The notes under the pieces are model-generated. The model worked only from the letters and a program-made list of their open reading frames with translations. It made no database searches and was not told the origin of the DNA. This document shows positions 12,301 through 25,874 of a stretch of 64,000 nucleotides of DNA, one piece after another. How positions within the stretch are numbered: the stretch's first letter is position 1; every line of letters begins with the position of its first letter. The stretch is taken from assembly GCA_028534125.1 (NCBI GenBank), contig CM052832.1, forward strand, positions 20,462,001-20,526,000, in the 5' to 3' direction. Source of the stretch: Lama glama. Its lineage: Eukaryota. Position numbers and translations under genes: made by a program.

Positions 12301-14458
12301 ACTTAAAAAGCAAAATAAAGACTTCGGGAATTAAAGTGGCCATGGAGCAGACAGACCAAACAAGCAAATTTCAAGTGCTCTCAGGGAGTACATCAGGAGA
12401 AGTTCTAGTTTTGAGATCTGGTTAGCCCTTTGCCTGACCCCAGGAGAAGAAAGACTAGTATATTATGGAAAATCAGATCCCTAAGGACAACGCTTTTGAG
12501 CTATTCAATTTCTGAGCACTTCTGAGTGACAAGAAACAGCACAACCCTCAAAATGTCATCAAAGCCACTTTCATGAACCATGTGAATCCCTCCTATTAGA
12601 ATCAAAGGTGCAGAGGTGGCAAAGACCTTGGGCACCATCTTTGTCCTGCCATGGCTTGGATTTCTAGGGAGTCACCCCTGATAACAGCCCTGGAAAGAGA
12701 GAATTGGATTATCTCGTAGGAGAGGCTCTCCTCCTGTGAGTTACATTAAGTCAGGTCTTCCTCAGCCCTTCCTGGCTCTGTTTTAATAAACAAACATAGG
12801 AATAACTAGTTTTGAGCTTATTTTGTTTATTCTAGTTCTTTCCTCAACCAGCTAACTTTTTACAATCTTTCCACCACCATAAGCAGAAAATTTTTACAGG
12901 GTAAAATTGTTCATTTCCATCTCAGCAAGTTTTCTTACATTGGGAACAACTTGGCTCAGCGACTCTGACCTTGAAATGCAGCCCCTCCACCTCATCAAGA
13001 AATGAGCAGGAGCCGCAAGGTGGAGAACACAGAGTTTCTACTTTTTTGCAAATCCATTTTCACATGGCGAAGGCTGTGCTGGTTCCAAAGGCAAAAGGAC
13101 AGCCTATCATCCCAAAGAATGATAGATAAGGATTAGGTTTAATACTGGAAAACATTTAGAAACTGAAAGAAAGACTGTATTCATGACAGAAATAAAAGGG
13201 ACCATTCTTTGGCAGAACATAAAACAGCATCTGTTGAAACAACTCAAGTTCTGAGCTGCTTTGCATGGCAGCCTTTGTTGTCCAAGGATGGCAGTTTCTC
13301 TCAAGCCTTTGAGGACATGAAATGATGACAGATAAAGGTGCTGTGCCAAGAAGCAAGGGGGAAAAATTCACATTTTGATGCGCAGCTACTTGATTCTCAG
13401 CCATCTAGAAATACAGAGAGGAGGCTGTCAACTGCACTTAATGAACTGCATTGGTAGCACTGGGTGATTAGTTTCCAGTTTTGTCCTGCTCTGCTACACA
13501 GGGGACAGCACATTCCCAGAGCTCCCTGGCTTAAAGGAGAAGATAAACCCCATGTGTGTAATCCACTCTACTCCAGGTGTATCTATGTCTTTGGCTCTGT
13601 ACCCCACTGACATTCTGGTGTGATATATTAGCTTCTTCTATGTGAAATATCCATAAGAACATAGCCCAGAAAACTCCCATTCAATTCACATATTTACAGC
13701 AACAACTCACTTCTGTCAGCATTTTTTAATGTACTCTTTTTTGGCATGAGACATGGGAAACAAAAACACAATCTTGGTCAATGCCTTAAACTAAAAAACT
13801 AAATAACTGACAACATCTACTATTGTAAATTATTAACAAAGTTTTTAATAAACATAACTGATTGTAAGTCCCACTGGAAACAGAGAGAATGAACTTTTTA
13901 TATGACTAAGGTCATTTTCACTTGTATAGCGTAGAAAAAAGTAAACTTAAAATACAGAAATGTTTCCATATTTCACATGTACTCACAAAACTCAGATATA
14001 TCTGACTAAAGAACTAGTAACATTTTATTTTCTTTATACATGAAGTAGCTAATAGATACCAGCCATGCCAAGGGGGAAAAACTGACTTTGTTTTACTGCA
14101 AGCAGATTTTATGGACTTTCCTTTTGATGTCTGAACCATGAAATATGCCAGAGGTACTCTGCTGCTGTTTACAGTACGTATGCACACTCTTAACGAGTTG
14201 CCAGTTTTTACTTCCTTTAAAGAACCCTAACAGTAAAACATTTATCTACATACTAAAAAATGCCCTTAAACATGTTCTACATTTCCAAAGAGGCAAAGTC
14301 CAGTGATCTTTGTCATTAAATGCTGGTTCCAAAAATCAACCTTTTGTCTAAGACTGTAGTTCAGCTTGTTCATAATAGATTACAGGTTGAGAGACATGAC
14401 ACTTAATTTAAACCATGATTATCAAAGGAGAATATGGCTTCAGTTCTTTTAAAGACGG

Positions 14459-14625
14459 ATGTTAAAAACGAGACCAGAGGCACAAAATGGAGTCACTTAT
14501 GCTAAGCCCCACATCACCCAATCGAGATTTAATTACACTTTCGGCTCTCCCAGAAATGGCCTCCTAACTACTTAGTTGGGAATCATCTGATGAGTGAGTT
14601 AGGTCATCTGCCTGGTGGACCCTGT
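14459..14625 (+). mobile_element. ERV1-class LTR fragment (5' part)
   Basis: TG start followed by CAAAATGGAGTCACTTATGCTAAGCCCCAC, typical of mammalian ERV1 LTR U3 starts; family not determined. Confidence 0.5.
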
Positions 14626-15272
14626 CTCAGGTTTTCACTAGACATCCATGGTCAGAAAGGCCATCTATGGTCATTAGCCAAAGCTAATCTCATATTCACA
14701 CTTATAAATATTCAAGTTCAGGAGGCAAGTTTCAGAGTGAAAACTGGGATCTAGGTTTGTTTTCATCTCCAACCAACTTCTCCCTCAGGAGAAAGGCTCA
14801 GGTCAGTTTCTTGAACATGAAATAGCTGCCTGATCTGGAAAACCTGTCATTAAAGGAAGTGAGTTCATCTAGGACCCAAGTGCCCTCAATCTTGGCCTCT
14901 AAGGGCAAGTCAGGGTCAGAGCAACGCTGTGGTGGATTATTTTATCAAGTTATTCCGTTAAGGTTACATGGAACATCAAGCAACGTCAGAAAGCCTAGAA
15001 ACATAGAAACATATTGCCTAATCCTCTCAAACAATGGCATTAACCAAAGCAAAAGAGGCTTCATCAGAAGAAAGAGTCAACTGTTTAGCTGTCATGTCCT
15101 AACAGTTATTAGCACAAAGGGCATATTCACAGTGGAGAAATACTTCACCTTTCTTTCAAAATAAGGGGCACCATATTTTAAGATATTTTATAGAAGTCCT
15201 TCTTCACGGGACTCTGTAAACAGTCCTGGTTCAAGAACAAAATCAAAGTTTCAATTCATGAGACTGATTCAC

Positions 15273-15320
15273 CTTGCACTTTAGGAATTCTACTGGAATA
15301 TCTGTACCATGTGCTACAAC
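15273..15320 (-). other. Candidate 48-nt exon (minus strand)
   Basis: Minus strand reads tatatttttttctttcag|GTTGTAGC...AAAGTGCAAG|gtgaat: strong acceptor and good donor. Confidence 0.4.
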
Positions 15321-17115
15321 CTGAAAGAAAAAAATATACTTCTTCATTTTTCCTGTTTGCTAACTGACAGACACTAAAGGCTTACACTGAAAAGAAACAG
15401 TGATTTCATTTCAAATGTGAAATCTGAATATCTATTCACCACAACAGTTGCAACTGACCCATAATTTTCCTCCAATCATTATCTTCTAAAGAATATTTCC
15501 GCAGTCCATTATCCTCTAAGTTCTCAACCATATCCAAAAGCTGCTACAACTTAAACTTTTAGCTCCTGCTCTTTATGGACTTACTGTTTTATCTCTGCTA
15601 CTTTTCCATCAGTGAAATCTACAATGAGCTCACAATCATAAATATGTTCATGACAACACAATGCTCTGTATCATGGCATAATTTTATTTAGAGAAACTAA
15701 AATATTTGAAAGTGAGTTCTTTAAATTGTAACTGACAACAAGTGACTTACTATAAGCAATAGAGAAATTTTTAATGATTAGAACAAATGTTACAGAAGAA
15801 TGGAAATTTTGGACAGAAACTTTCTGTATTGAAAAATCTCTCACCCATCTGGATAGGAAATGATGCAATTTCAACACCAGATCACCAAAAATTGCTCCAT
15901 TGTGGTCCTCTGTGTAGACTTTTTGGGATTTTGTGACAGTGTTGATCAGAGTGGAACACAATTCTATTTAGATTTCTTCTTTGATTAGTAAAAGTATTTT
16001 TAAAATATTATATGTATGCACATAACAGAGACATCATGAAATAATAATTTTGTACTGAAGTTTCAAGATAATTAAATACATGTATTTCTCCCACTTTGAC
16101 TGGTCTCATTAGTTCAGGGTCTTTGGATAGAAACTGTTCTGTATACGAGCTTCAAAGATGATACCCCAACAGAACACAACGTTCCTGTATAAACCTAACT
16201 CCAAATATTCAGGTAGACAAAATTTTTTTCAAAAATACACTGACCACTGAGATTTATGTATTGTCTCCTAATGTCTGGTAGATTTCTTTATTATTTTTTG
16301 GCTACATCTGTAACTTCTGGGTATAATAAATTCCACTATTATTTCTTCATTTTGACCATCTTAACAATTGATGTGGTTTGCTATGTGATTGATTCAGCTA
16401 CAGCAAAACTGCTACTTATGGACCCAAATGAGTGGATCAAGCTCATGTTGTGTCCCAACTCACTGACAATGTATAGTTAATCCCTACTTTGGAGCACAAT
16501 TTTGCCTTAATTATGCAACACTGTGTTTATTATTGACTGGAAAATGGGCTATTTCTACAAACATGAACCTAGAACTAATTTCAAAGAAAAATCTTCAGAA
16601 GACAGACACTTCAGAAACGTCATGAAAATGGAATAAATGAACCTTACCAAAGAAAGAAAGAAAATGTAAAAGTCTCCAGTTTTGAAGGCATTTATCCACC
16701 CTACTTTGTTATGGTCTGCTCTAAGTAAATGTATATATTTTAATTCACTCTAGCATGAGCTATCTTTAAGAACATTCTTTTGAGACTGGGTAACAAACCC
16801 TCCTAAAGCTGCCAAAGAGCGATGCCAAGGAAAGAAGAGGACTCCTTGCTTCCAAATATGGGAGGAAATCTCAGGGTCCCCTTAGTAACTGAGAAACAGA
16901 ATACTCCTATTGTATGTGGGTGCTTGGCAGTTGGCCATTGTCACTCAAGCTTTCAACCATGCCAAGGCACTTCCAAGGACAGAGGAGAGCCCAGACTTAG
17001 TTGCTCTGCTCTGTTTGGGTAATCATTAGATACTGCAGCTAGAAATCTCTTCACCTTAGCAGAAAAGATTAGTTTGAATGATCATGATAGTGTCAACTTT
17101 TCTTGGAAAGGGTAG

Positions 17116-17117
<2 letters not shown>

Positions 17118-17148
<31 letters not shown>

Positions 17149-17168
17149 GCTCACACACAAACACACTC
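17118..17168. repeat. (CA)n microsatellite
   Basis: About 15 perfect CA units plus an imperfect extension. Confidence 0.95.
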
Positions 17169-18215
17169 ACTCTTAGTCATGTTTTTTTTTTTTTTCTTTT
17201 GCCAAAATGTTTACCATCCTGGGGATAAAAATTTTCTCTTCCTTGTTCTCAAAATAAATTTTTGTTTGTGCTTTCCTTCAAAATGCCAATCTGAAATTGT
17301 TCAATGACCCCTTTGAAACAATAGAAGCTAGCTATTCTCTTGAAAACTAAATCACAATATTACTGAAAAGGCTCTGTAGATGACAGATTTGGACCCTAAA
17401 AACGAAAAGAATTACTTCAATAGCTGTGTGTAAATAGAAGGCAAATGGTAAGCATTCCTTGTAAAATTAAAAGGGCCCATGCCTACTTGACCCTGGGAAA
17501 ACTAAAGGACCTGAAGCCTCACATCAGGAGCAACTTAGAAACACTCTTGCTAGCTGTGCACCTGCATTTCAAATACAACAAAGGAAACCAGCAAAATTTC
17601 AATAGTCAACACATTTAAATTATTCCAAGAATTATAAATATCTAACATTTCACTGGCTATTCCCACCTAGACAGCCATGTCAGTTGTGTAAGAGTGGCAC
17701 TGCCTTTACTAATCTCCACAACTGCAGATTATTTTAAAAGGAGTCCAGGAAGATAAGGTAAATAGAACAAATTATTAGACTGCTAACATACATTACAAAA
17801 CGATAGATGGGAAGCATTGTTTTTATTAAGCCAAACATTGATGCCGAGAGGTAGTTGCACGTGTATCAAATTCTGTCCATTTATTCAGCTGTCTTTTGGT
17901 CTAGCCATTTATCTCAGTAAATCTGGGGCTCAGTTGACTGTGTGTGGATTGCATACCATCTTGCAGCTTCTTAGGTGTTGGACTACTAGAGACTATCACT
18001 TGTCTTTATTTTTTAAATTTATACTTTATTCATGGATATTTAAAATATATGAAGTATATCAATACTAGGAAGGAATTATCTAGTTCTTTTATTTTAACTC
18101 ACAGATAAGCAATACACTGAATTGCTAAAGCTCAAATTCAGATAATATAAGATGAAAAAGAGTTAAAACCTAAAACATAACAAACAATTGAGTTTGCAGC
18201 AGATTTATTCAATAG

Positions 18216-18726
18216 CAGTGGTTCTCAAAGCGTGGTCAGAGGACTCCTGGGGTTCCTAAGATCCTTTAAAGGGTCCATGAGGTCAGAACTAATTTTGTAA
18301 TAAAGTACAATGGTATTTTCCTATTTTATTCTCATTCTTTCACAAGTGTCCAATGGGGTTTTCCAGAGGGTACATGATATGTGAGGTTGTAACAAACTGA
18401 ATAGCAAAGCAAATCTAAAAATCTAGCTGTCTTTTATTAAACCACCCAATAAAAAAATGTTTAAAAATATAAAACAATGCCATTCATCATTTTTTGTGTT
18501 GGAAAAGACAGTTATTTTTCATAAGAACATGCATTTATGTCAACATGTAATGGCATCACTATTGTTATTTCTAAGTGAGTTAATAAATACTGAAATGTTT
18601 CCCGATGTTAATTTCTGATACAAATACCAGCAGATATAACCCACATTCACAGAAGCTTTTCATGGTGTTCTCAATAATTTTTAAGCATGTAAATGGGTTC
18701 TGAGACCAGAATGTTTGGGTTTACTA
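18216..18726 (+). mobile_element. Charlie4a/MER80-like hAT DNA transposon derivative
   Basis: CAGTGGTTCTCAAAGCGTGGTC start, GGGTCCATGAGGTCA, GATATAACCCACAT, GGGTTCTGAGACCAGAATGTTTGGG end; about 510 bp. Confidence 0.75.
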
Positions 18727-19202
18727 TTTTATAGCTTTGGACTTTCAATTTATTTTTAAAGCCCAGTTACTAATTTTACCAGAATCAAAAATAGGGTGAA
18801 CATTTGTTATAAAAGTCTCCACAATTACTCTTTGGAAGATTAGCTTCATATTTATTGTATCATTTGCTAATCAACAAAATATAGGCAAAAGAATAATTTT
18901 ATATATAGTATTTAATATGATTTCTTCCACCTCTTCCATTCCTGGCCAGCCACTCACCCTGGACCTTTCTTTGCATTTAGTGTTAGTATACAACAAAGGA
19001 GATACATTGCCTTGTGTAGGTTACGCATCCAGTAAATATTTGCTGACTTGATTAAATGAAGCTACTTCTTCACTGAAGTTTATTTGACTTCTACATAAAG
19101 ATGGCACAATACAGTATTATTAAGTCAACTGCTGCTCAAAGCAAATACATGGACACTGATGACTGTTTTTCGGAGAAAATTTTGTTGTTTAGATTCACAC
19201 AC

Positions 19203-19261
19203 CTGAACCTTTTCATATCCATGCTTGTTCCCACTTCTAACCATGAGTTACACTGATAATA
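19203..19261 (-). other. Candidate 59-nt exon (minus strand)
   Basis: Minus strand reads ttttactgccattctccctgcag|TATTATCAG...GAAAAGGTTCAG|gtgtgt. Confidence 0.35.
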
Positions 19262-22024
19262 CTGCAGGGAGAATGGCAGTAAAATGCAGATCAGAACATA
19301 GACACAAAAGCTTAGAATCACGATAGAGAAAGTTAAACATGCTCAGCTAACAAAGCGTCAAAAAGATAACCACTGAAATTGTCTAACCTACTCAAGTATT
19401 ACACAGGAAGTTGAGCCAAGCCATTCTGAGTTTATTTTTAAATAATATAAATGCTGACATAGTTTTAAAATTATCATTAATATTATTATCTTAATAGTGT
19501 CTTTGCAATTGAAGCTACTCTTTATAAAGTGTATTAAAATAATGAATACATAGAATCATCTTATGTAGTCTAGCTAAGTGCAAAGGAGAAATTAGAAAAT
19601 TTCTAGAACTCTCACCCCTCGATTTCTGCAATTTCATTTGGGTTGATTTTCCAACTCTATTTTCCAACAAGATAAAATTCCCCTTCTATTTGCCAGATTC
19701 TAAGTCCCAAAGATGGGGACATAATGCAGAATGGATAGATCGTACTTATCAACATTGGTGCGTATTCAGTGTCCTCCAGTTTAATTGTCATAATGCCAAA
19801 TAGCCCAGTCTTTGAGCTTGTTTACAGCCAAAGGCAATGCATAAATTCCAACTTTCTTTATAGTTTGTTTTGTTATTTTCTTCTAAGCTTATCTGAATTC
19901 AAAGTATTAGAAGAAATGAAATACATTATCAGCAAAGTTTTATTTAATTAGCTTTGATTAACGCATCTCATCATCTATTCAAATTGGGCCCAAATGGAAT
20001 GAGATCAGGAGAACATAAATGAAAATAAAAACACATTTCTTTTTAATAGAAATGGTGAATTTCTCTTGAAATGGGCTACAGATTAAAATCTGCTAGCATG
20101 TTGTGACTACTCACGGAATGGTCCATTCCGTTTATGTGGCTACACTTAATAAATAAATAATAAAAATGGCACCCTCGTCTCATTGGCCATCTCACTCCAC
20201 CGAGCTTAGTGCCAGAGAGGCATGTATGACTCTATAATGATAGTTCACTGTAGGTTCTCAATAGTGTGAATATTTTATGTTTTAGATAGTCTAAATATTT
20301 AGCTATTTAGATATTTTAAAAAGCAAAGTTCTTCTTTAAACTGTCCTTGAAAACAGTGAAAATCATTTCACAATGTATAGAACCACTTTCATACATTTTT
20401 TAGAAAAAAGTACGAAATGAATGAGTAAATACATGTACCTTTTTCTTTTCTGTGATAATCAGCATATGTCTTTCATTTACTCTCATTTATGGTCAGAGGT
20501 CCTGCCAGTCAAAAGTGAGTGTTGTTCTATTTGGGTTTCCATAGCTGTGAGTCGCAGTTCTTGATGGGGTGTATGTAGCCCAGAGTGGCTCATGGAGCAA
20601 CCAGGGGACATCAGATAGAGGGGCTGCTCATCCTTTGGCTCCTGTACTGTTGCCAGCACAGCATCTGTCTCCTCCTTAGTCTTGTGACCACAATGAAATT
20701 GCTTTTTGATATAGCTCTGTTTCCATGCAAGACTGTCAGTTACCCTGCCAGATTCCATAGGGAACAGGAAGCAGGCTGAGGGTGCCACTTTTGACACTGT
20801 GTGATAGGAAAAGGCCCATTTTACAAAGGAACATCATAAAACCAAGAGCTTCCCATCTGCCTCTCCCGCTTACCCTTGCTCATAAAAGCAAGCTGAATTA
20901 AACCTGCAGAATATCTGGAATTTACTCTCCTTTACCAATATTATGTGAAACAGGCTTGACCACCAAAAGTGAGTAAGGGTGAAGAAAGCTATCATTGTTT
21001 TTCTGAGTAAAGGAAAAACAAAACAAAACAAAAAAATCTAAGTTACCAGAAATGGGCAAATTTTAAAAGAATTTGGCTATAGAAAAAGTAATGAAAAAAT
21101 TAAATTTTAGTAAATATCTTAAATAAAAACACTGAGGGCATAGACAGAAACTAATCCATCAAACTGTAAAAGGAAAAAAAGTAGGAACAGTCTCTTATTT
21201 CTGTTTAGCACCAGTGTGAAATTCCCTTATAAAAAAAGTATTTGTAATCTGGGTTTGTGAATCAACTATGGGAAATCATGGAAACATTTCTGGACAGAGA
21301 AAGTTATGGGAAAAGGAGATTTTCCTCAAGCTCAACAATTTCTGTCCTCTGAATAGGGGCAAATGTTTCTGAGCACATTCAAAATGACCCTTTGCTTTTA
21401 CGTTGTGAGAAAATCATATTGTAGCAGCCCAGAAAGAAATGGAGAGTATAGTTACAGATGCATGAGCAGAAACTCATTTGTTACAGTCAAGAAAACGTGA
21501 CTAAATGCCTAGTACATAGAATATGCATAACAGAAAAAGTAGGCAGTTCAAGAAGGCAAGGATGTCCCTCAAACCATTTACATCTCCATCACTCTTTCAG
21601 AAGAGAAAATCTAATGTATTACTAAGACAGGTTTCTCAGAGGTTTTCTCAGTTTCCTAAAGAAACAAAAATTTTCCAAAGCACTATAGATATTTAAACTA
21701 TATTAAATTCCTGATAAAATCATGAATGATATAGGAGTAATACGGATTTCTGTTGCAATAAAATTTGTATCTTTTATCAAGAAAAAAGATCTCTGATTAT
21801 TGTCAAGATAGTCATAGTGATAACTTAAATTCTGAAAACTGTATCTGTGGGAACAAACAACCAGATGAATGTGCGATGCACAAAGACCATTTATTTTACT
21901 AGCTAATAAAATCAGTAAAAAATACTGATTGATAAAACTGAGATTTGTTTTTACTGAATTTATCATACTCAATTGAATACGTAAACATAGTGTAAGTTTT
22001 ATAACAATACAAATACCTTAATTT

Positions 22025-22200
22025 TATATATTTTATTGAAATGTAATTGACTTACAACATTAGTTTCAGGTGTATGGCATAGTGATTCAACATTTTTATA
22101 CCTTACAAAATGATCACCATGATAAGTCTAGTTTCCATCTGTCACCATACAAAGCTACTCTACATTCTCGATGCTGCATGTTACATCCCAATGACTTATT
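22025..22200 (-). mobile_element. LINE-1 3' terminal fragment (L1MA9-like)
   Basis: TTTTATTGAAATGTAATTGACTTACAACATTAGTTTCAGGTGTATGGCATAGTGATTC...AAGTCTAGTTTCCATCTGTCACCATACAAAG. Confidence 0.8.
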
Positions 22201-22369
22201 ACTTTAATACTTTTATTAAATTAGAACAAGTGTACTTAAACACAATAAAAAAATTACCCTTATCATTCTGCCAATAAAGAAACCGAAGACCAGAAAGAAC
22301 AAGCAACTTGTTCAGAGTAGCAAAGTGATAAATGGCATACTTCGGAATAGCCTTTTAGATATTTTAGGT

Positions 22370-22474
22370 ACTTTTTATTTTTTAAATTTTATTTATTAAT
22401 TAATTTAAGTATAGCCAGTTACAATGTGTCAGTTTCTGGTGTACAGCATAATGTCCCAGTCATGTATGTATGTA

Positions 22475-22520
<46 letters not shown>

Positions 22521-22570
22521 CACATATACACATGTATATATACACATATATATATACACACACACACACA
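22370..22570 (-). mobile_element. Young L1 3' terminus (camelid-like) ending in a compound (TATG)n(TG)n(TA)n(CA)n microsatellite
   Basis: AAGTATAGCCAGTTACAATGTGTCAGTTTCTGGTGTACAGCATAATGTCCCAGTCATG is the near reverse complement of the element at 24.85-24.91 kb. Confidence 0.85.
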
Positions 22571-22797
22571 TTTTAGAAGCTCTGCTATATTACATATTTT
22601 AATGTTGTTTTTCTAAGTTAAATTTGTAAGATATTTTGATCACATAAATACCATAAAGAATTTCTATAGAAACCTAACATGTCATGGAATATTTAAAGTA
22701 TTCCATCTCTACCTCTTTTCTCCAGTTAGACAGATGACTTACAGAGAGAGATAGCTCTATATCTCTATCTCTATCTGTCCATCTCTCTATATCTTAC

Positions 22798-22838
22798 CTA
22801 GTGTAGAAAATCATGTGTTATTTTACATCAGCCTTCTG
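22798..22838 (-). other. Candidate 41-nt exon (minus strand; NAGNAG acceptor)
   Basis: Minus strand reads ttcttacatattctcattctag|CAGAAGG...CTACACTAG|gtaaga. Confidence 0.35.
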
Positions 22839-24439
22839 CTAGAATGAGAATATGTAAGAATAAAACTCTACAAGGGAGAAGTATGAAGACAAAGGGAACC
22901 ACCATATATAAGGGAACTTCGCTATCAAAAATTGTCTTGGTTTTCTTGAAAGTTCTGCTGTGTTAATACTCTCCAGTTCAGATGTGTTTGTCAGCAAAAT
23001 ACCATTTGGATCAAGGGCTCTCAGCCTTGCCTGAATTCTTTCCAATTCACTCTGACATTAACTGACAGAATGCTGCTCAGAGAAGTTCTTACATGATAGA
23101 CTTGCTCAGTCAACAGAAGCTTCTCAGTCCGCATGCAGCATGTGAGTGAGATATTGTGTCCACAATTTTAATGATCCAAATCCAGTCTTCTCACACTGCA
23201 AAGCTGTGTGACCTTGGAACGTAAACATAGCGTCAGATTTTATTGCATACACCAACAGCACACTTAGAATTGACAGAGCTTTACTGAACAGTTACTTGGT
23301 CCTGAATGCAAGGCTATCTGAGAACCCTCATAGAATGACAACATTTACATTTTGCTTTTCTTTAGAGTGGACATCTTACCTTCTTTTATTGTCTCCAAAA
23401 ACACTTCTGTCTTGGGTAAAAATGAAGGGAGATAAAGTATACTTCTAAAGTAACTTTTGGTTAAATTTGTTTCTATCAACTTCATCATCCCAGCTACTTT
23501 GTGTATAAAAATCTTCATATCACACTATAATATGCCAAATAAAAATGGCCCCCAAAGCAACAGCCAACATATGCACAGACCTAGAAAAGTTTTCATACGA
23601 GAAAATAACATATTAATGTACTTCATAAGCTAAAAAGTAGACAGAGACTCTTTTTGGAATAGAGTTTGAGGAGTGGAACATCACTTGAATACTAGCCTGT
23701 TTTTTGGGTCAGGAAAAAATCATCACTTCTCTTCAAGGAGGCAGAAATGCTTTAGAAAAGAGACTATTTGACTAGTGAACTTCAGAAGACTTGAGAAACT
23801 GGGACACAGGAATAAACTGGAATTTGTGCAACCTACAGTAAGCCTGAGCAGCATATTCACATTTCCTGATAGCCCTTAGGTGATGGTGGCATTGGCTGAC
23901 CAGCTCTGGCACTGGCCTCCTTCTCTGCCCTGCATGCTACTTTGGTTCTCTTGTTCTGCAGTGCCTGCAGGTGAAGCTCATGCCTGACTTCCCACTACTG
24001 TTCCCTGGGAGCTTCACCAGTGAGTTCCCCCTGTTATACCTCCTGCTTTAAAGGACAAATAAAATCAACCAGTGTAATACTTGGAGATGAAAGATGCTTA
24101 AAAGTAATCTCTCAATACAAGAGAAGTGAAGTGGAAAAGATGGAGGGACTATGCACTGATCTCCTGTTTTCACATACAGAGCAAAGCTACACTGGTTACT
24201 CAACGTAATTTCAAGGCAATGTTTCCCAGAGCATACTGCACTCAGCAACCTGAAACAATGGAAACCTTTCCCAACCCCGGGGAAAAGAAATGGCATCACT
24301 GACTATATTCCTCATGATAATTACTTTACACATATACTTCTGTTTAATCCTTTGGTGTCTGCTACTGCAAGTCTTCTAGAAAATGCCAGTGTTAGTAAAA
24401 TGGCTGGAGACCATATAAGAATAACAAATAGCAAAACCT

Positions 24440-24590
24440 CATAACAATAGCTAATTTTTTCAGAGCTTCCTCCATACTTCATGCTCTACATGCATTAACT
24501 TAAATAGAATCTTCATAATCACTGTATACACGAAGATTAAATACCTTTACCCTCATTTTAATCTGTGAGAAAAACTAAAGTTTAGTGACT
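24440..24590 (-). mobile_element. MIR SINE fragment
   Basis: AATAGCTAATTTTTTCAGAGC...CCTCATTTTAATCTGTGAGAAAAACTAAAG. Confidence 0.5.
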
Positions 24591-24707
24591 GTAGTAGTTA
24601 AGACCATACCAGCCAAAATCTTAGCAGCTTAAACATTAAAAATTTATTTCTCATACACAACAGTCCAACCAGAGTGCTGAGTGGACAGTCTTCCCTAAAG
24701 AGATTCA
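24590..24707. mobile_element. MaLR (MLT1-type) LTR fragment
   Basis: CAAAATCTTAGCAGCTTAAACA...TTTATTTCTCATACAC...AGTCCA resembles an old MLT1 end. Confidence 0.45.
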
Positions 24708-24932
24708 AGATTAACTACGATACATAAAATAGATAAACAACAAGTTTCTACTGTGTAGCACAGGGAACTATATTCAATACCCAGTAGTAACCTATAATGG
24801 AAAAGAATATGAAAACAAATATATATATGTATATGTATATGTATATGCATGACTGGGACATTATGCTGTACACCAGAAATTGATACACTGTAACTGACTA
24901 TATTTCAATAAAAAAGACTGCAAATATAAAAA
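24708..24932 (+). mobile_element. Young 5'-truncated LINE-1 3' end (camelid-like)
   Basis: ATAAAATAGATAAACAACAAG...GCACAGGGAACTATATTCAATA...GCATGACTGGGACATTATGCTGTACACCAGAAATTGA...CAATAAAAAAAG; near-TSD AAAGAGATTCAAG / AAAGAATTCAAG. Confidence 0.9.
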
Positions 24933-25874
24933 AGAATTCAAGGTCTTTTTAGTTATGGGGTAGTGTAATCATGCTTTAAGGTTTGAATGAGCGTCACAAA
25001 AAGACATAATTTTCCATACTGGAAGGACACAATTTTCAGCACTTTACCTGTAAGCACTCTAGCACTGGAATAAATTAGATTAGGAAGGAATCTAAATGTA
25101 CAGTTTGCCAAGTCAAATATTATTCAATTGTTTTATCTTTGTGCTATATCAGTCTTACTTGATGGGGTCAGATGTGGCCTGGACCAAAACTGTTCTTCTT
25201 ATCACCAAGTTTTCTCACATAAAATTTCACAAAGTCAGAATCCTTGTAAAATTTTACTGTTGGAAGTAACTGCCTTCTTCCCATAAGCTTTTAGTGGTGA
25301 TGCCTAAGCACACCAGAACAAAGAAGACCACTTGGCTGGCTTCTGCCAAAAGCAGTGGAGAACTGCAGAAACTAGGATGGAAAATGTACAGAAGTGGGAA
25401 AGACAATAATAACTCCCTCCCTCATGTCTTTAAACAAAACACCCTAACAGAATTTGCTATATATATTGCTAAGCAAATTGAGCCTGTCTAAAACTGTAAA
25501 CAAATTAAAATTGCTACATAACTCTTTAATTCAGTAAATTTAATTTTACATGTATTCATTCAACAATGCAACTGAACTGGTATTGCTGACATACAGGACT
25601 TGCTGATTGACAGTCTGTACTGAAAATAAACAGAAAGATCAGTGCTTTTGCTACTTTCAATCTTTCTTTCTATTAACGACAATGTAATTATAATTTCTAA
25701 ATCAAATGTACCAATGATCCACACTTCTTTATAAATTCATACGGGAAGGTCAAAAGTAAGACCTGCAAATAACTGTTAATATGATATTCCTAAAATGTCA
25801 AAAATAGAAATATAACAAAACTGTCTGCAGAAAATGAGTCCTTTTGACAATTAACATTAACACACAGCCATCAG

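Noticed and set aside
13156..13404. ATG ORF (MAENQVAAHQ...) directly after a minus-strand acceptor-like ctctgtatttctag
   Set aside because: No recognisable homology and no clear donor; cannot be distinguished from chance.
20483..20797. 104-aa minus-strand ORF
   Set aside because: Non-ATG start and no recognisable domain; may lie in an old LTR-like sequence.
22839..23045. Peptide SELERIQARLRALDPN that looks coiled-coil-like
   Set aside because: In-frame stop just upstream, weak splice sites and no known match.
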